64,000 bases of DNA. Source: Eledone cirrhosa. Its lineage: Eukaryota. Position numbers and translations under genes: made by a program. The notes beneath the pieces are model-generated. The model was not told where the DNA came from and ran no database searches. It was given only the letters and a program-made list of their open reading frames with translations. Location: positions 285,696,001 through 285,760,000 of the forward strand of contig OZ024743.1 in assembly GCA_964016885.1 (NCBI GenBank). The letters run 5' to 3'. Below are positions 36,806-50,720 of the stretch, in pieces (position 1 is the first letter of the stretch; every line of letters begins with the position of its first letter).

Positions 36806-37363
36806 ATGGACCGTGGGATTCTGGAGAGAACGAAGAATCTGGACACTCAAATGACAATGTCAAAGATAAAGATTAATTCACCTCATGTGGCCGGACGAAA
36901 ATGCAAGGATTCCTCTTTATTTCGGACGCGGATGGCAAACATAAGCCCATCTCCCTTACCCCTCCCTACACCTCCATCCCATCCCTTCCACCCATCAAAC
37001 AAAATCCAAAACTTCAGAGTTGGCATCATGAATGTAGGCAGTTTAAAAGATCGCTCTAACGAGGTTGTAGAGATGCTTGAACATAAGGAAGTTGATGCAT
37101 GCTGCGTCCAAGAGACTAGGTGGAGGGGTGGGTCTGCTAGATTCATTGTGGGTAAAAAACGATGCTATAAACTTTTGTGGGTGGGAAATGAAAATGAGCT
37201 GGGTGGAGTAGGAATTATGTTAGAAGAAAAATGGGCAGATAACGTAAATAGAGTGAACGACAGAATAATCAAAATAAGACTTGTCCTAAATAGAACTACT
37301 GTGACAATAATATCCACTTACGCATCCCAATCTGGACTGCCTGGCGTTATAAAAGACAGATTC
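36806..37363 (+). mobile_element. RTE LINE 5' fragment (N-terminus of AP endonuclease)
   Basis: ORF 36806-37378 with GIMNVGSL, CVQETRW and GGVGIML APE motifs; ends abruptly at the fusion with an opposed copy. Confidence 0.92.
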
Positions 37364-40044
37364 CTGCGCATCACGTGACCATACCAACGTAGTCTTCTCT
37401 TGAGTAAACAGCATCTGATCCCTCTTATTCCTAATTTCTCACTTAGTTCATTTATGCTTTGCCAACGGAGCATGCAAGCTTCGTTCCTCTCCAGTCTGCG
37501 TATATCCTCTGCAAACAATGCTCATGTCTCACTGCCATGTAGCATTGCTGTTCGTATGCAGGCATCATACAGTCTGCCTTTCATTTTGAGGGAGAAACCT
37601 TTAGCGGCCAATAGTGGTTTAAGCTCTCTGAACTTTTTCCATCCCGTTCTGACTCTAGCTACTGTAATTTCAGAGCACCCTCCACCACTGTTGATTTTGT
37701 CACCCAGGTAACGGAAGGTGCCCACTATTTCTATAGAACCATCTGGGCAATGGAATGAGCTAGTATTCTGTAAGCATTTGCTGCTACTTATTGCACCAGA
37801 GCACCGGCCACATATAAAATCTATATTCTTAGTTAGTTTACCTGTGATCCCACTACATCTTTTATGCACCCATACTTTGCATTTGGGACATAAAATGGAG
37901 TTTCTGCCTACTCCTTTCCTACACACTGAGCATGGCCATTTCCCAGATGGGACCAGTGCCCTATTTTCCTTCCTACAAACTAGAACTTTAGTCTTAGACA
38001 GGTTAATTTTAAGGCCTTTTGATTCTAGGCCATGCTTCCATGTTTGGAATTTCTTCTCTAGTTCAGCCATTGATTCAGCTATGAGCGTTAGATCATCTGC
38101 GTATAGGAGTTCCCATAGGCAGCCGGTCTTGAACTCCTCTGTTATAACCTGAAGGGCAATAATAAATAGTAGGGGGCTAAGGACGAAGCCCTGATGAACA
38201 CCAACTTTTACGCTAAACTCTTCACTGAATTCGTTGTTAATTCTAACCTTGCTGACTGTTTCTTTATACTTGTCTTGTATAGCTCTCACAAGCCATCATC
38301 TACACCTAGTTTTCTAAGAGCCCACCAGATAATGGAGCGGGGGGACTCTGTCAAAGGCTTTCTCCAGGTCTACAAAAGCTAAGTAGAGGGGTTTACTTTT
38401 AGCTAGGTACTTCTCCTGTAGTTGTCGTACAATGAAAAGAGCGTCTGTGGTACTTTTACTTGACACAAACCCAAACTGCATTTCATCTAGATTAATTCGC
38501 TCTCTGATTAGTTGCGCTATAACTTTTTCTGTGACCTTCATGATCTGGTCAACTAACTTAATGCTAGGGCGTCTCCTTTACCCTTGTAGCAGTTAATGAT
38601 GATGCTGCTACGCCAGTCCTTTGGTACGACCCCATTCTGTATGACTTGGTTTACTATCCGGGTGACCATAGTGTGTCCCACCGATCCAGATGCTTTCAGC
38701 ATTTCAGCAACTATTTCCGAAGGCCTAGCCGCCTTACCCGTCTTCATATCTTTGATTGCCTTACTTAATATACTACCTTCAACTTGCACTGCTGGTCCCT
38801 CTATTGGATCGATGTGGGGGAGGCTGTCTTTCTCTCATTTATTCTCCTCATTTAGTAGCCTTTCGTAGTGACACTTCCAAGCTACCTTCTTATCAGCATC
38901 AGTGATGGCAAGTACACTATCATGATTACGGACACACTTCTCCCCGACAATATCACAGTTCTCCTTGACACATTGTCTAGCAATCCTGAACACCTCACGT
39001 TTTTGGTCCTTGCGTTGAAGAACATGCTTGAACTTTCTTTCCTCTGCTTCCCTTCTTGCGAAGTACACTTGTCTCCTAGCTTCCCTCCTGGCCACTTGAT
39101 AGTCTTCTCTACTTCCCCCATCCTGCCATACTTTCCAAGCCTGCTTTTTGGCCTTGATCGACTCCTCCACCTTACTGTTCCACCACCAAGTTACTCTCCT
39201 CCTGCCTATAGGTCTGCTCCAGCCACAGATTTCATCTGTCGCCTTCAGCAGGTTAGCTTTCAGGAATTCCCACTGTTCTTCTATATTGTATGACTCTAAT
39301 TGCTCTTCCTTACTGTCAAAAGCATCAAGTAATATTTTTCTCCATATTTTTCTCCTAAGGATAGTCCTCCTCTGTTGTCGAATACGTCTCGTCCTGACTA
39401 TGAGGTCGCTAACTATGAGGCTATGTTGGGAGGTGCATTCTTCATGGAGGAGGGATTTAGTGTTTACAACAGACACTCTGTCTCGTCTTCTGTTAAGGAT
39501 ATAATCTATCTGACTGGCGTGTTCCCCTGATCTATAGGTGATCAAGTGATTGTCTCATTTTTTTGAAGTTTGTGTTACAGATAGTTGGATTATTTGCATC
39601 ACAGAATTCCAGGACTCTGGCGCCTTCCTCATTTCTAGTACCAAACCCATAGCCTCCATGTATTCCGTCATAGCTGTCACAGTGTTGTCCAATGTGACCA
39701 TTTAGGTCGCCAGCAATAATTATATAGTGACTGTGGGTTATTTGGGAGGTAATGAACATTAACGACTCATAGAATCTGTCTTTTATAATGCCAGGCAGTA
39801 TGGGTTGGGGTGCATACGCAGATATTATTGCCACAGTAATTCTATTGAGGACAAGTCTTATTTTAATTATTCTGTTGTTCACTCTATTTACGTCTATTAT
39901 CTTATCTACCCATTTTTCTGCTAGCATGATTCCTACTCCACCCAGCCCATTGTCATTTCCCACCCACAAAAGCTTATAGCATCGTTTTTTACCCACAATG
40001 AATCTAGCAGACCCACCCCTCCACCTGGTCTCTTGAATACAGCA
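37364..40044 (-). mobile_element. RTE LINE family A, long internal fragment (APE, RT, PHD-like finger), both ends missing
   Basis: ORFs 39532-39996 (AGDLNGHIG), 38835-39545 (SQIDY, WWWN), 38553-38789, 38314-38541 (FVDLEKAFD) and 37522-38289 (YADD). Confidence 0.95.
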
Positions 40045-41416
40045 AACAAAACATAAGTCTTAAATTGTGCTTGACTAATAAAAAGATTTTAAAAGAAAAC
40101 TAATATAATCACATTCACAGATACTTATGTAGAAACATCAATGCATGTCCCCAATATCAATATTGTAATGCAAAAATCATAATCCATGAAGGAGAGGTTA
40201 ACCAAAAATCAACATGGTATGTAAATACATAGGTATGACTTATGGAAAATTCAAGCAAAATTTCTGCAAGCATATGTCCTCTTTTAAATATAAAAAAAAG
40301 AAATGCAACAAAATTAGCTGACTACTTCATTGGAAAATTATTGAGTCCTACAAGAATGAAAGCAAAAAATATGGTCTTTGCATAGCTGAGAAAATTCAAA
40401 TCCTGAAACATTTCAGTCACAGCCTCTATTTGAACACCAATTTAGAAATCTTTAAGAAGTGCAAACGCTTCAAGAAATACCTGTTATGTAATTGGATTAT
40501 ACCACCTTCATCTGCACGCAAATACATACCCTTATGTTGGCATTTGCACATGTTTCACTTATTCTTCACTTCTTTTATTTTCCATTTCTATTTTTCTAGT
40601 GCTTGCTTCTTTATCCTTCCCCTTTCTATTGAACTCTTGGTCTCTCATAACTCTAGACTCACGATTCATTGTATTGTTAAGAGGAAATAGCTCATTTCTA
40701 CCATATGAGTTATGCATCTTAGCAGAAATGTTTTTGAAGAGTAAAATTTATCCCAGTATTATAGAAACTCAGAATAACTGGATAACAAACCAATTATGAT
40801 GTAGGATATATTAGAATTATCGATTTTTACAATACTGATGATGGTTCTCTCTTGAACCTATCTTGTGAAGATTTTCAGATTGTGCTTTGTAATATTACAC
40901 TATATTTGACGACTCAGAAAAATCTTCTATTTGTTAATCTCATAAACAGTATACTTGTGTATGATCTCCATAGATTTTACAAATCTCGACCCATTATTTT
41001 AACAAAGAATTTAGTATTCTTACTTGTTTTGTCGTGCATTATTGAATGTCCTCCAAATTTGGACAATTTTGGTTTGATATGACAATCAGTATAAAACTAG
41101 ATACCTAGCTGCAGGTCAGTGAAGTAGCTTTCAATTCTATCTGAATATTACATATTTACTGGAGTAATTAATTCAAAATATAGTTAGAAATAAAAAAAAA
41201 TTATCTTTTCATGGCTGGCCTTGAGGGAGAGAAAGGCCATTATGTGTAGCATGGCTTGCTTGTTTAGGACTGAGATCGGAGGTGAAATAGAGCCATGACG
41301 ATGTTTGAAGGAAACATTTAAGAACATTGAAGTAAGCAAGTGGAGACGTTCGAAAAAGAACTGTGGAAAGAAATTTTACTGATTGGAGTAATAAATGGTT
41401 GTATAGTTGTAATCTA

Positions 41417-41604
41417 ATAATTGTTTCTACTTTTGGCACAAGGCCAGCAATTACCCAGTGCATTACTGGTACTTTATTTTATTGACCCTGTAAGGATGAA
41501 AGGCAAAGTTAACCTCGGCGGGATTTGAACTCAGAATGGCAAGGGTCGTAACTCTATGTGTCAAAGCATGGCGTCCGACCCTCTACCGATACTGCCAATC
41601 CACC
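41417..41604 (-). mobile_element. Deu/Nin-like SINE
   Basis: Close match to 13433-13611. Confidence 0.9.
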
Positions 41605-43217
41605 AATGGCAAAAAACTTGAGCCAGAATTCAAAGATTGTTAGCTCAATTCCTACCACCTGGTGTTAACTCAATTTTCTTGAATGCTTTCTTGAAATTAT
41701 TGTTCAATGATAAGAAAAGTCTTGAAAGCTACCAAAATAATTAAGTTAGCTTCTTGGTATATAATTATCATCATTATGAAGTTAACTGTACTAACAAATC
41801 TCACAATCTTACAAGTATGTGACCTGCATGCATTTTTAGGGAATTAAACAATCATGTTTATATATATATATATAAAATGTGTATATGTGTGAACTTTTTT
41901 TTTACTCTAGAAATGCATAATTCAATAACAATACCTGCATGTATGTAATTCAATAACAATACCTGCATGTATGTAAGTTAGTATATATAGTACATGATTA
42001 ATGAAATTGTCATTCGAAAATTGAACTAAATATTTGCAGGTTTTGCTTTTTAAAAAAAAAATCAGCTAGGTGGAATGACTCAAGTGTTGATAGTTGATAG
42101 TATTTCTGGTGCTACACAGTATATCTTGATCATATCATATTCCATATACTAATGTGTACTAATTTTCAGAGCCTTATTTCAGTGTCCTTAACAGTGTCCT
42201 TAACTGAAAAAATTTATCATAATCTAAAACCAAGAAATTGATCTTTATATAAATTTGGAAGAAGAAAAAAAAACACTATTCTAAATTACATCTTTTAGAA
42301 AGATAAATTATGTATATATATATTTTTTTTTACTCTTTCACCTGTTCCAGATGACTAGCTAAGCTCATGCAAGGGCACCAGCATTAATCATAAATTAAAT
42401 TCCATTGCTTTTCCTTCTCAGTATTGGAACATTTGATATTTATCACATCTTTTAAACTCTACCACCACCAAATAAAATTATGACTTTCCTGCTAACAATC
42501 CACTTCATTCCTGTCTTTAAATTACACATATACATACAGATACACATATACACACAATCAGTTATACATTTGCAATATAGCTTCCAGCTATATTTGGTAG
42601 CTTTTATAATCTACTTATATATACTATGACTAGTATTTCATCTGTTCAGTTCTAGTTAATTGTAGCTTTAAATTTTGCTGTTTGTTGTATCAATGGTGTT
42701 CTGAGAGTAACTTTTCTGTTTGCCAGAATTACAAAAGACTATCAAAACTTTTGTCAGTGCTTTTCTGTTAGCTAATATTTTCTTAAATACTGACTTTTCT
42801 AGAATAAAGTGTTTCATCAGACAGCAGATAAGATTAAACCTCTTCAGTTCTCAAGGAATTTTTTTTTTTTTTTTTTTTTTTTTGTATTGAAGCTGGCTAA
42901 AACTTCCAAATTTTAAAATTGACTGTCAGTTCAATTTGTATATTGAGACTTGGAGCAAGTTATGTTGATAGGCTGATAACTTCCTGTCTAGAATGTCAAT
43001 TGTTCCTATTTTACATTGGCACCATGCTGTATCTTTGACAATGCTATAATAGTACACCTACTTGAAAATAAGCACTGTTGGAATGAACAGCTCACCACTG
43101 TTAACAATTGGAAGATTTTGTAAATAAAATATTAACTTGTTGAACTTTTTTTTTCTACAGATTAGTTGAGTTTGATATCACCATTACTGTTGTTGGTGTT
43201 ATATAAGACTTGTTTAA

Positions 43218-43353
43218 CCCTTTAGCATTTACATTACTCTATATTTACTATTGTATTTTCAAGGTAAACACTTTATCTCACATAATATCGAATCTACGAG
43301 ATTTTGATATTTATTTTGAGAACAATATCTGAACATAAGAATGAGTGGCCGTT
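43218..43353. mobile_element. piggyBac-type MITE family 1, partial
   Basis: TTAA|CCCTTTAGCATTTAC start; homologous to 53381-53593 (inverted). Confidence 0.75.
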
Positions 43354-44440
43354 CAAGTACTGAGGTCCATTTTTCCTTTATATTTCTTATATTTTCTCAC
43401 TTTTATTCTCTCTCTCTCTCTGTGTAGAAGAAAACTGCTGTACTCAAACCTAGAGAGGAGATGGGCTCTGCCAGGTTTAAAAATGCCCTAGAAATGCCAT
43501 GTCAATATGGTGCACCTATGACTTCCTTAGGAAGCTCTGATAAGTGATCCAAAAGTTATGGAAACAATCAATCTGGAGTGTCCAGAGTATGTTTGCTAGT
43601 TAAGTTCTTTGTATGTTTGTTATTGTTGCTATTGTGTAGGTGGAGTCAGTTAATTTAGTGAATGGAATATGACAAATCAAATGTGATAATATTCCTATCC
43701 ATAGTAAAACAGACAGGTAGTATGGTATTTAGGATGATTGCAACCAAATAATTTGTTTACTTTTATAACTACAAAAATAATCTTATTCTTTGAATCAGTT
43801 GCTTGTCTGTATATAAAACTGGAAGTTGAGATATTCCAGTGATTACATGAATTAATTTTTTTTAATCATGAATTTGCCTACTGTTAGACACTTAAACAAT
43901 ATCGTTCAGTTGTATCTGTTGATTTCCAATATATTTTTACTTGAGTAAGCAGGTGAATGGTGTGTATTTATGTCATGTAAGATATATTCTATTTGGTTGC
44001 TTGCATCTGCAACTTATCAGTTTAGTGGCTTGCTAAACAGATAGTTAGTCTGAAAGTAGATGTCAAATTAAATTGGAAGCAATATTGTTAAATTCTAATT
44101 TAATTTAACATATGTGGATGTGTTGATTCTGGATATGATTCTCTATATGCACTAATAGTTACATTTATGCCTACTTATGTAAATGGATGTTGTGTATTAG
44201 TGTGGTTACTTGTGCATTTTCTATTTCTTTGCTGCTGCCAATTGCTATCTGTTCCTTGCATGCCTACTTAATATTTGTTAAAGAAGACATGCTTACTAAA
44301 CACTCTCATGCTGCTCTGCCACCTTCATTTTTTTCAGTATAATTGCTTTCATTTTGTAACCATATGCTTCGAAAACATTTTGATCAATTAAAGTTGCTGA
44401 AAATTCCAGTCTGGGTTTTTAAAAAATCGGGCTTGAATTT

Positions 44441-44597
<157 letters not shown>

Positions 44598-45899
44598 GAT
44601 GCTTTTATGAGCAATGTCACATTGCTAAAAACAGTGGTGTTAATTTGTTTATGCTACATTCTTCCATAATGACATCAAGGAATTCCTTCCAGGTCTTTGT
44701 ATAGTATAGTTAGACTTCTTCTACCAACTTAGATACATAGGTTCAATTTTTTTTTATTGTCCTCCCACAATTCACCAATAAATAAAAAATAGGCTCCCAT
44801 TCTCTTAATTGCAACATTTTATTTTTTAGTGGAAAACACTAGGGCAAAGGTGGTAAGCTCCTGGTGAACTGAGTTACTGGCCCAAGTTTGATTCCTGCTT
44901 GTAACTATTTTACTAACTTGAAAACATGAATGCCCACTAGTCTCATTTCTCTACACTCTAAAGACAATGGCTGATCATCCAGTGGATTTTTCTATTTTGC
45001 ACATTATATTATATCTGATTCCTCTTATACTCAGTTTTTCTCTCAGCTTGTTTGTGCTATCAATATTACTAGGAGCTTTCCAGTGATTATCAGTTATTGT
45101 CTGTTTTCAATGAGGATGATGAGGATTTTATGTATTTGTACATGCACATGGACAGGTGTGCTGTAGAGTGATGTTTTTAAACTTGTAGTGATGTGGGAGT
45201 CTGCATCACAAGTTGTATTTATAGTTTTTGTAACTTATAGAATGATTTCTTCAGCTTACTAACATTCCCTCATCGCAATCTTAAACTAGCTATTAAGATA
45301 TTGTAGGTGGGTGTGTATATGTACAACTTGACTATTAAACCCATACCATAGTTTCTCTTGGCACCCAGATGGATTGGTAATAAGAAATTCAGAGGAGCAA
45401 TTGATTTAGACACTGTTTAGAAAATTATTATTCCACTCTACCTAACTGTATTGAGTACTTTCTTCCACTTAATTACATTTCACAGCAGTATAACACCAAC
45501 TCCTGCTCATATGACTAAAGAAAACAATGCACTTGAAGTTGCAGAGAACATGTTTAAAAGATATTTTATAAATAAGTAGTCTATATCATTTTCAGTGGCT
45601 CTCATTTATACTGACCTCGTTGACTGTAACTCTATGTTATTATATAGGCATGCTAATGCTATAATTACACAGCAATTCTAGGATTTGGTTCTTCTAAAAC
45701 GTTTGGCTTTGCAGCTTATTGCATGTTGAAATCGTAAACTAATATTGGCTATTTTCTTTCTTGCTAGCTTTTGTTGACATTTTTAGTTTTGTTTTTTTCT
45801 GTGGTTCAGCATAGTGAACAAGGTCACTGAAATTAATGGAAGCAGCCTAAATTTGCAAAAATAACTTTAAATCGTAATACCGAATCACCTGAAACTCTC

Positions 45900-46087
45900 A
45901 CTGGCTCTATAATACATGATTGTTAGTTTTATAGTGTTTATGTTTATCTAAAAACCTTCCATCATAATATTATGTAAGAATTTTTGTTATGTTATGCTTC
46001 AAACACCAACTTAATGAGGTTCCTGATTATTTTCAAAACTATTTGAAAATCATAGTGTCTTTCATTAGAGATATGATAATGAAAGGG
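45900..46087. mobile_element. piggyBac-type MITE family 2-related, partial
   Basis: Ends GATAATGAAAGGG|TTAA; homologous to 51581-51798. Confidence 0.65.
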
Positions 46088-46559
46088 TTAAAACATGTTT
46101 TCTGCAACTTCAAGTGCACGGTTTTCTTTAGTTATAAGAGCATACAATATTGGTTATATATATATAGAGTGAGTGTGTGTGTGTGTGTCGGTGTGCATAG
46201 TTGCAATTAGATGATTTTTCATAAAAACAAACGATTTCTGGTTTGTTTAGCACATTTAGCACTCAGTCACTATTTTTAATTATTGTTTATGAGCATGGTA
46301 GGTAGCACTGCATAGACTGAAGAGCAATGAATTAAACTCCTAATGTTTAGTTAGGGATTTCATCCTTCTGTGATTAAGAAAATAGTGCCAATCAATTACA
46401 GGATCGTGGTTGATTTAAACAACCTTTCCTCTGAACAGATATTGTGACCTTTGATAATAGAAAGTATTTATTATCATCCTTACCACAAGCTGATCTAGTA
46501 TCATTTTTACAATCCCTAGAGAAATTCATAACCAATGACCAAGGGTTCTTGGGTTTTTT

Positions 46560-47800
46560 TGTTTTTTCATCAGCTTAATTTTTTAGCACCTAAGGGTTCT
46601 TGAAGTTCCTAATAATGTGACTTTCTGTAGTTGATCTGTTCAAATTTCAATACAAATCTTCACTAACCATGATTTCATTTCCTTTGTGAATTTACAAAGA
46701 TTGCCTATTATGACTGGCACAATTTCAGCATTTTTCGTTCTTCACACACTTACAATTTCTCTTTTCTGAGCTGGTATTTCTTAATCTTTTCTTGTTCTTT
46801 CTGTTGCTATCCAGAGAATAACTTGGGATGGTATATAACTAATAGTATAGAACCATTGTTGGTTAAGGCTGCATGGATAAGAATGAATATAAAAGAACCA
46901 GAAGAGAGGGAAAAGAAGTATGTTGAAATGAAAAGGCAGTGTTTAGTAGAGATATTAGTAACAGTGTGGATAAGCTAGAAACATAGGAGTGGATGCAAAA
47001 ATCAACTTTAAAGGTTGGAACTGAAACAATCTGTGCAACACAAGAAGAGTCACTTAAAACAAACTATATGAAATACTGCATCCAATGTAATCTAGTGATC
47101 AGGTGATTGAGGTTAGAAGATAAGACATTGTTATTGTAAAAAAATGGTACTGTATGCAGTACCATATTTTTACAATAACAATGTCTTCAACATCAGGCTT
47201 CAGTGCTTTCTATCTATTTATCAATAGTATTTTTGCTTGTTTTATATCTTTTAGCCACACAGCTTTCATATTGTACTCTTTTCCCTGACCCCCAAATATC
47301 ATTCCAGAACCTCCTTTCTTCTGAATCAAGAATCACTCCTTCATGTCTGATACTTCTAATTAATTCCTTGTGTAAATGTATAACTTTTTTCTGCTCCCTA
47401 TTGTTTTGATACTGATCTATTTGTTATTCATACTATTTCACCTTAGGTGTCTTCACAATCAGTCTTTGTTTTAATTTCTCTATGACTATTATTCAGTTGA
47501 TCTTTCTTTTTTCTTTCTAGAACATTGTCTCTACTCAGTGACTCTATATCCCCTAATATTCTTCTTTTCAACCATGGTTCATTATTTTTAGTATTAATAC
47601 TTTTATCTTTGAGACCTATCTCCTGTTTGTTTTTGCCACATTGTTGGTGATGATACAATTGATGGTTCTATTAATAAGCTTTATAATTCTATTGTCTACC
47701 TCTTCTGATATTTATGAAACACTTGTATCTACAAAAATCATTGGTTTCATAATTTTAACTATCTGTGCCACTATCATTTGTCATCTTCACTTAAGTCATT
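46560..47800 (-). mobile_element. Decayed, rearranged R4/Dong-like non-LTR element (restriction-like endonuclease type)
   Basis: Minus strand: EPWLKRRI, RRFWNDIW, KEQEKIKKYQ, IVPVIIG, LQKVTLLGTSRTLR. Plus strand 46860-47150: WMQKSTLKVGTETICATQEESLKTNY (inverted piece). Confidence 0.7.
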
Positions 47801-48369
47801 ATCACTGTTTGTGAGAATATTTCTTTTTTCCTGTAATTTCCATCTCGTTTACAGTATTATTCACAACTTGTTCACTTGTGTATAGTCTGTGTAATGTGAG
47901 TTGTGTTATTTTATTGGGTATTAATCTTGAAGAGTATATTTTGTGTGAGGTGTATTTTATTAGGTGCTTATTGTATAGGGTATGTGCTATTGAATTGATA
48001 ATGTCTTGCACATGTGGGCTGTTCTCACAAAGCTATTTCTTTTAGATATTATGTACTGTTGTGAACCCTGGTATGGCTTCTTTGATTTTGTTCATTTTTT
48101 AATTTTTTTTATCATGTCCAATTGTTGATATGAAGCATTTTGAGGTATGTGGTTAAAATTGCTTTACGGAAGCCAGTACAATGCAAGTTAGAAATAAAAG
48201 CAAAGTAAAACAAAACTAGCTTACACTTTTACCTTATTTTTCATATTTGGGGGTTAATATCCCTTTTTCAAAAGAAAAGTTAAATGGTGTATGATGGTAG
48301 TGGTAAACTGAGTTTCTCTGCATAGATATAGAGGTCGGATGAGTGGTGATAGGTGCAGTCTGGTATTGT

Positions 48370-48980
48370 CACAATAGCCAATCAAGTCCATGTAATTCAT
48401 GTTTGCTGTTAATAGAAGACCTTAATATATTAATGAGAATTGCCTCTTTCATTCTTAAGTTATTGATATTTTGTTTGGTGACATTGTGACTTTTCTGTAG
48501 ATCTTTTTTAACAGAAGCAGCCCTTATTTGGATGTATGAACCACAACATTTGTTACATGTTATTTTGAACACCACATAAGGCCTGGTGGGACAGTTACCA
48601 TTCACATATTGATGTGTTGATCCTTGGATAGAAATTTCCACAGTGAGTGAGAACCCACAGTGCACTAGTTTTATTTTCAACCACTCCCTACAGTTTGCTA
48701 CATGGAATGTAGCAGTGGTCTACTCATTAATGTATGGTAGTTTTAAATAGTACATAGTATCCCTGGAGATATAGACCTGTGATATATTAGCATCTTGTAT
48801 TGGTGAAAGATGTTTAGTCGCCATTCTCTACCAGGACTTTTTGAAACTGTTTCGTGATGGTGGTTTCATCTCTAGCTATGCTGCATCTGTTGCATATCTG
48901 AGAGACTTTGTTCTGTACATAAGCCATCTTTGCACTGCCGGGTAGTGCTGAATCATAGTGAAAGAATAGGCTAATCTGTG
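48370..48980 (-). mobile_element. Decayed Penelope-like element (RT C-terminus and GIY-YIG endonuclease)
   Basis: ORF 48369-48680 with C..PYVVFKITCNKCCGSYI and MKEAILINILRSSINSK; upstream FHYDSALPGSAK motif. Confidence 0.7.
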
Positions 48981-50569
48981 TAATATTTAAATAATTGTTG
49001 TTGTTACTGAAATATCTCGAGCATTATATTTATAATAATTACTGGTGCTGGATTTTAACATAAAAGGTAGGAAGTCTAGACTATTTGCATTATGTTGTCT
49101 TAGCTATATTGCCAATCCCTATGTGAGAGGCATGGAATCAAAATATCACATTTCTTTCCTTAACCATTTTCCCCACTAGCATTAGTAGGATTAAATTATC
49201 AAATTTGGTAACTGGCATTTTGCTGGAACAATTACTTTACAGATATTCTCTTTGTATCAGCTTCTAAATGCTCTCTCTAAAATAAGAATGAAACTGGTTA
49301 TTATCCAGATAGATTGAAACAGAGTTATATGCTTTGCTCAGATGCTGAAGTTGTAAGGATTGAATTTAGGCCCATGAAATCAATAGTTCAATATTTTCAC
49401 AGTTAAGCTATTAAATCTTCCAAGAATATCTGGGTTGGAGAGCGTTTGATCTGTATTGTGTGGAATTACAGTACCGCCCATGTTACTTACTTGCCAAACA
49501 AAATGTCAGGACTCTTCAGCTATGTGAAAGATTTAACAGCCTCCCTAGTGTTGATGCCATAATAAAACACACCCTATACACTCTGTAAAGCGTGGAAACA
49601 TGTGTAAGCAAGATTCAATCCCCTACCCCTTTGAGGGATCAGTTGTTCCAATTAAGTACTGTCTTCATCAGTGACAAGCCTGGCTGTATTTTTCGAGGCA
49701 TAAACAGTCGAGACTGTTATATCCATGACATGAAGAGTCTTCTCAACCATTTTGGCATGATTTCTACAGTTCAGTGCCCTTCCTAACATCAAGAACTACA
49801 CAATATAGTGGGCATTTTTTATGACACCAGCACTAGGAAGGTTGGTCATTGATTAGACTAAGGAACCCATTTTTCCTATGGTATGGGGTGAGAATGAGTG
49901 AGAGAAGGAATAATGACACTTCTGATGTTATTAGTGTATGCCGAGTGTAGCTGGATATAATAAGGTGGTGTAAAGGAGAAATGGGTGGTAGTGAGCTCAC
50001 TTAGAGTTGATAGGTAGAGGGATGATGTGAATAGTTCTAAATAGCAATGATGGTCACATTTTCTACATGGTTGTGACAGTAAAGTACAATGCAGTGGATG
50101 GTGTTGAGGTATGGATAGGTTAGGTCACAATTACACAGAGGGTGTGCTAGATGGGAGGGAGGGAGGGTGGATATAAAGGTGTAACAGATATGAAGGTACT
50201 AAGGGCATGATATATATACACCCAGTATACTCTGTATTGTGGTTGGCATTAGGAATGGCATCCAACCATCGACTCCATGCCAAACAAAGGGTTAAAAGGA
50301 TTCTTCATTTGCGTCGAGAGCCTAACAATATCCCTAGTGCTAGTGCCATGATAAGATAGATTCAGTATACACTGTAAAGTGGTTGACATTAAGAAGGATA
50401 TCCAGCTGTAGAAACTATGCCAAAACTGGAACATATGTAAGCAAGATTTGGCCCCCTCAGCTGGTCTAGAACAGCAGCACCAATTAAGAACTTGGTCTAT
50501 AATGATGTGCACAACATATGTCATTGTGAGAAGAAGAAAAAAACCCACCAAAAAACCGGACATATGGTG

Positions 50570-50720
50570 ATGGATGTATTTGCTTTACAGTCATTATCTT
50601 GGTTTGATCCAACCATGTGGTATCTTAGTCAAGTGTCTTTCACCATAGCCTTGGGTTGACACAGGTCTTGTGAGTAAAATTAAGTAGATGTGGACTGTGA
50701 CAGTCTGTTGGATGGACTAC
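50570..50720 (+). mobile_element. Degenerate tRNA/CORE-like SINE (Octopus-type)
   Basis: CTTAGTCAAGTGTCTTTCACCATAGCCTTGGGTTGAC..CTTGTGAGT; related to 6731-6880. Confidence 0.55.

Noticed and set aside
41918-41975. 28-bp tandem duplication
   Set aside because: Ordinary slippage duplication with no further structure.
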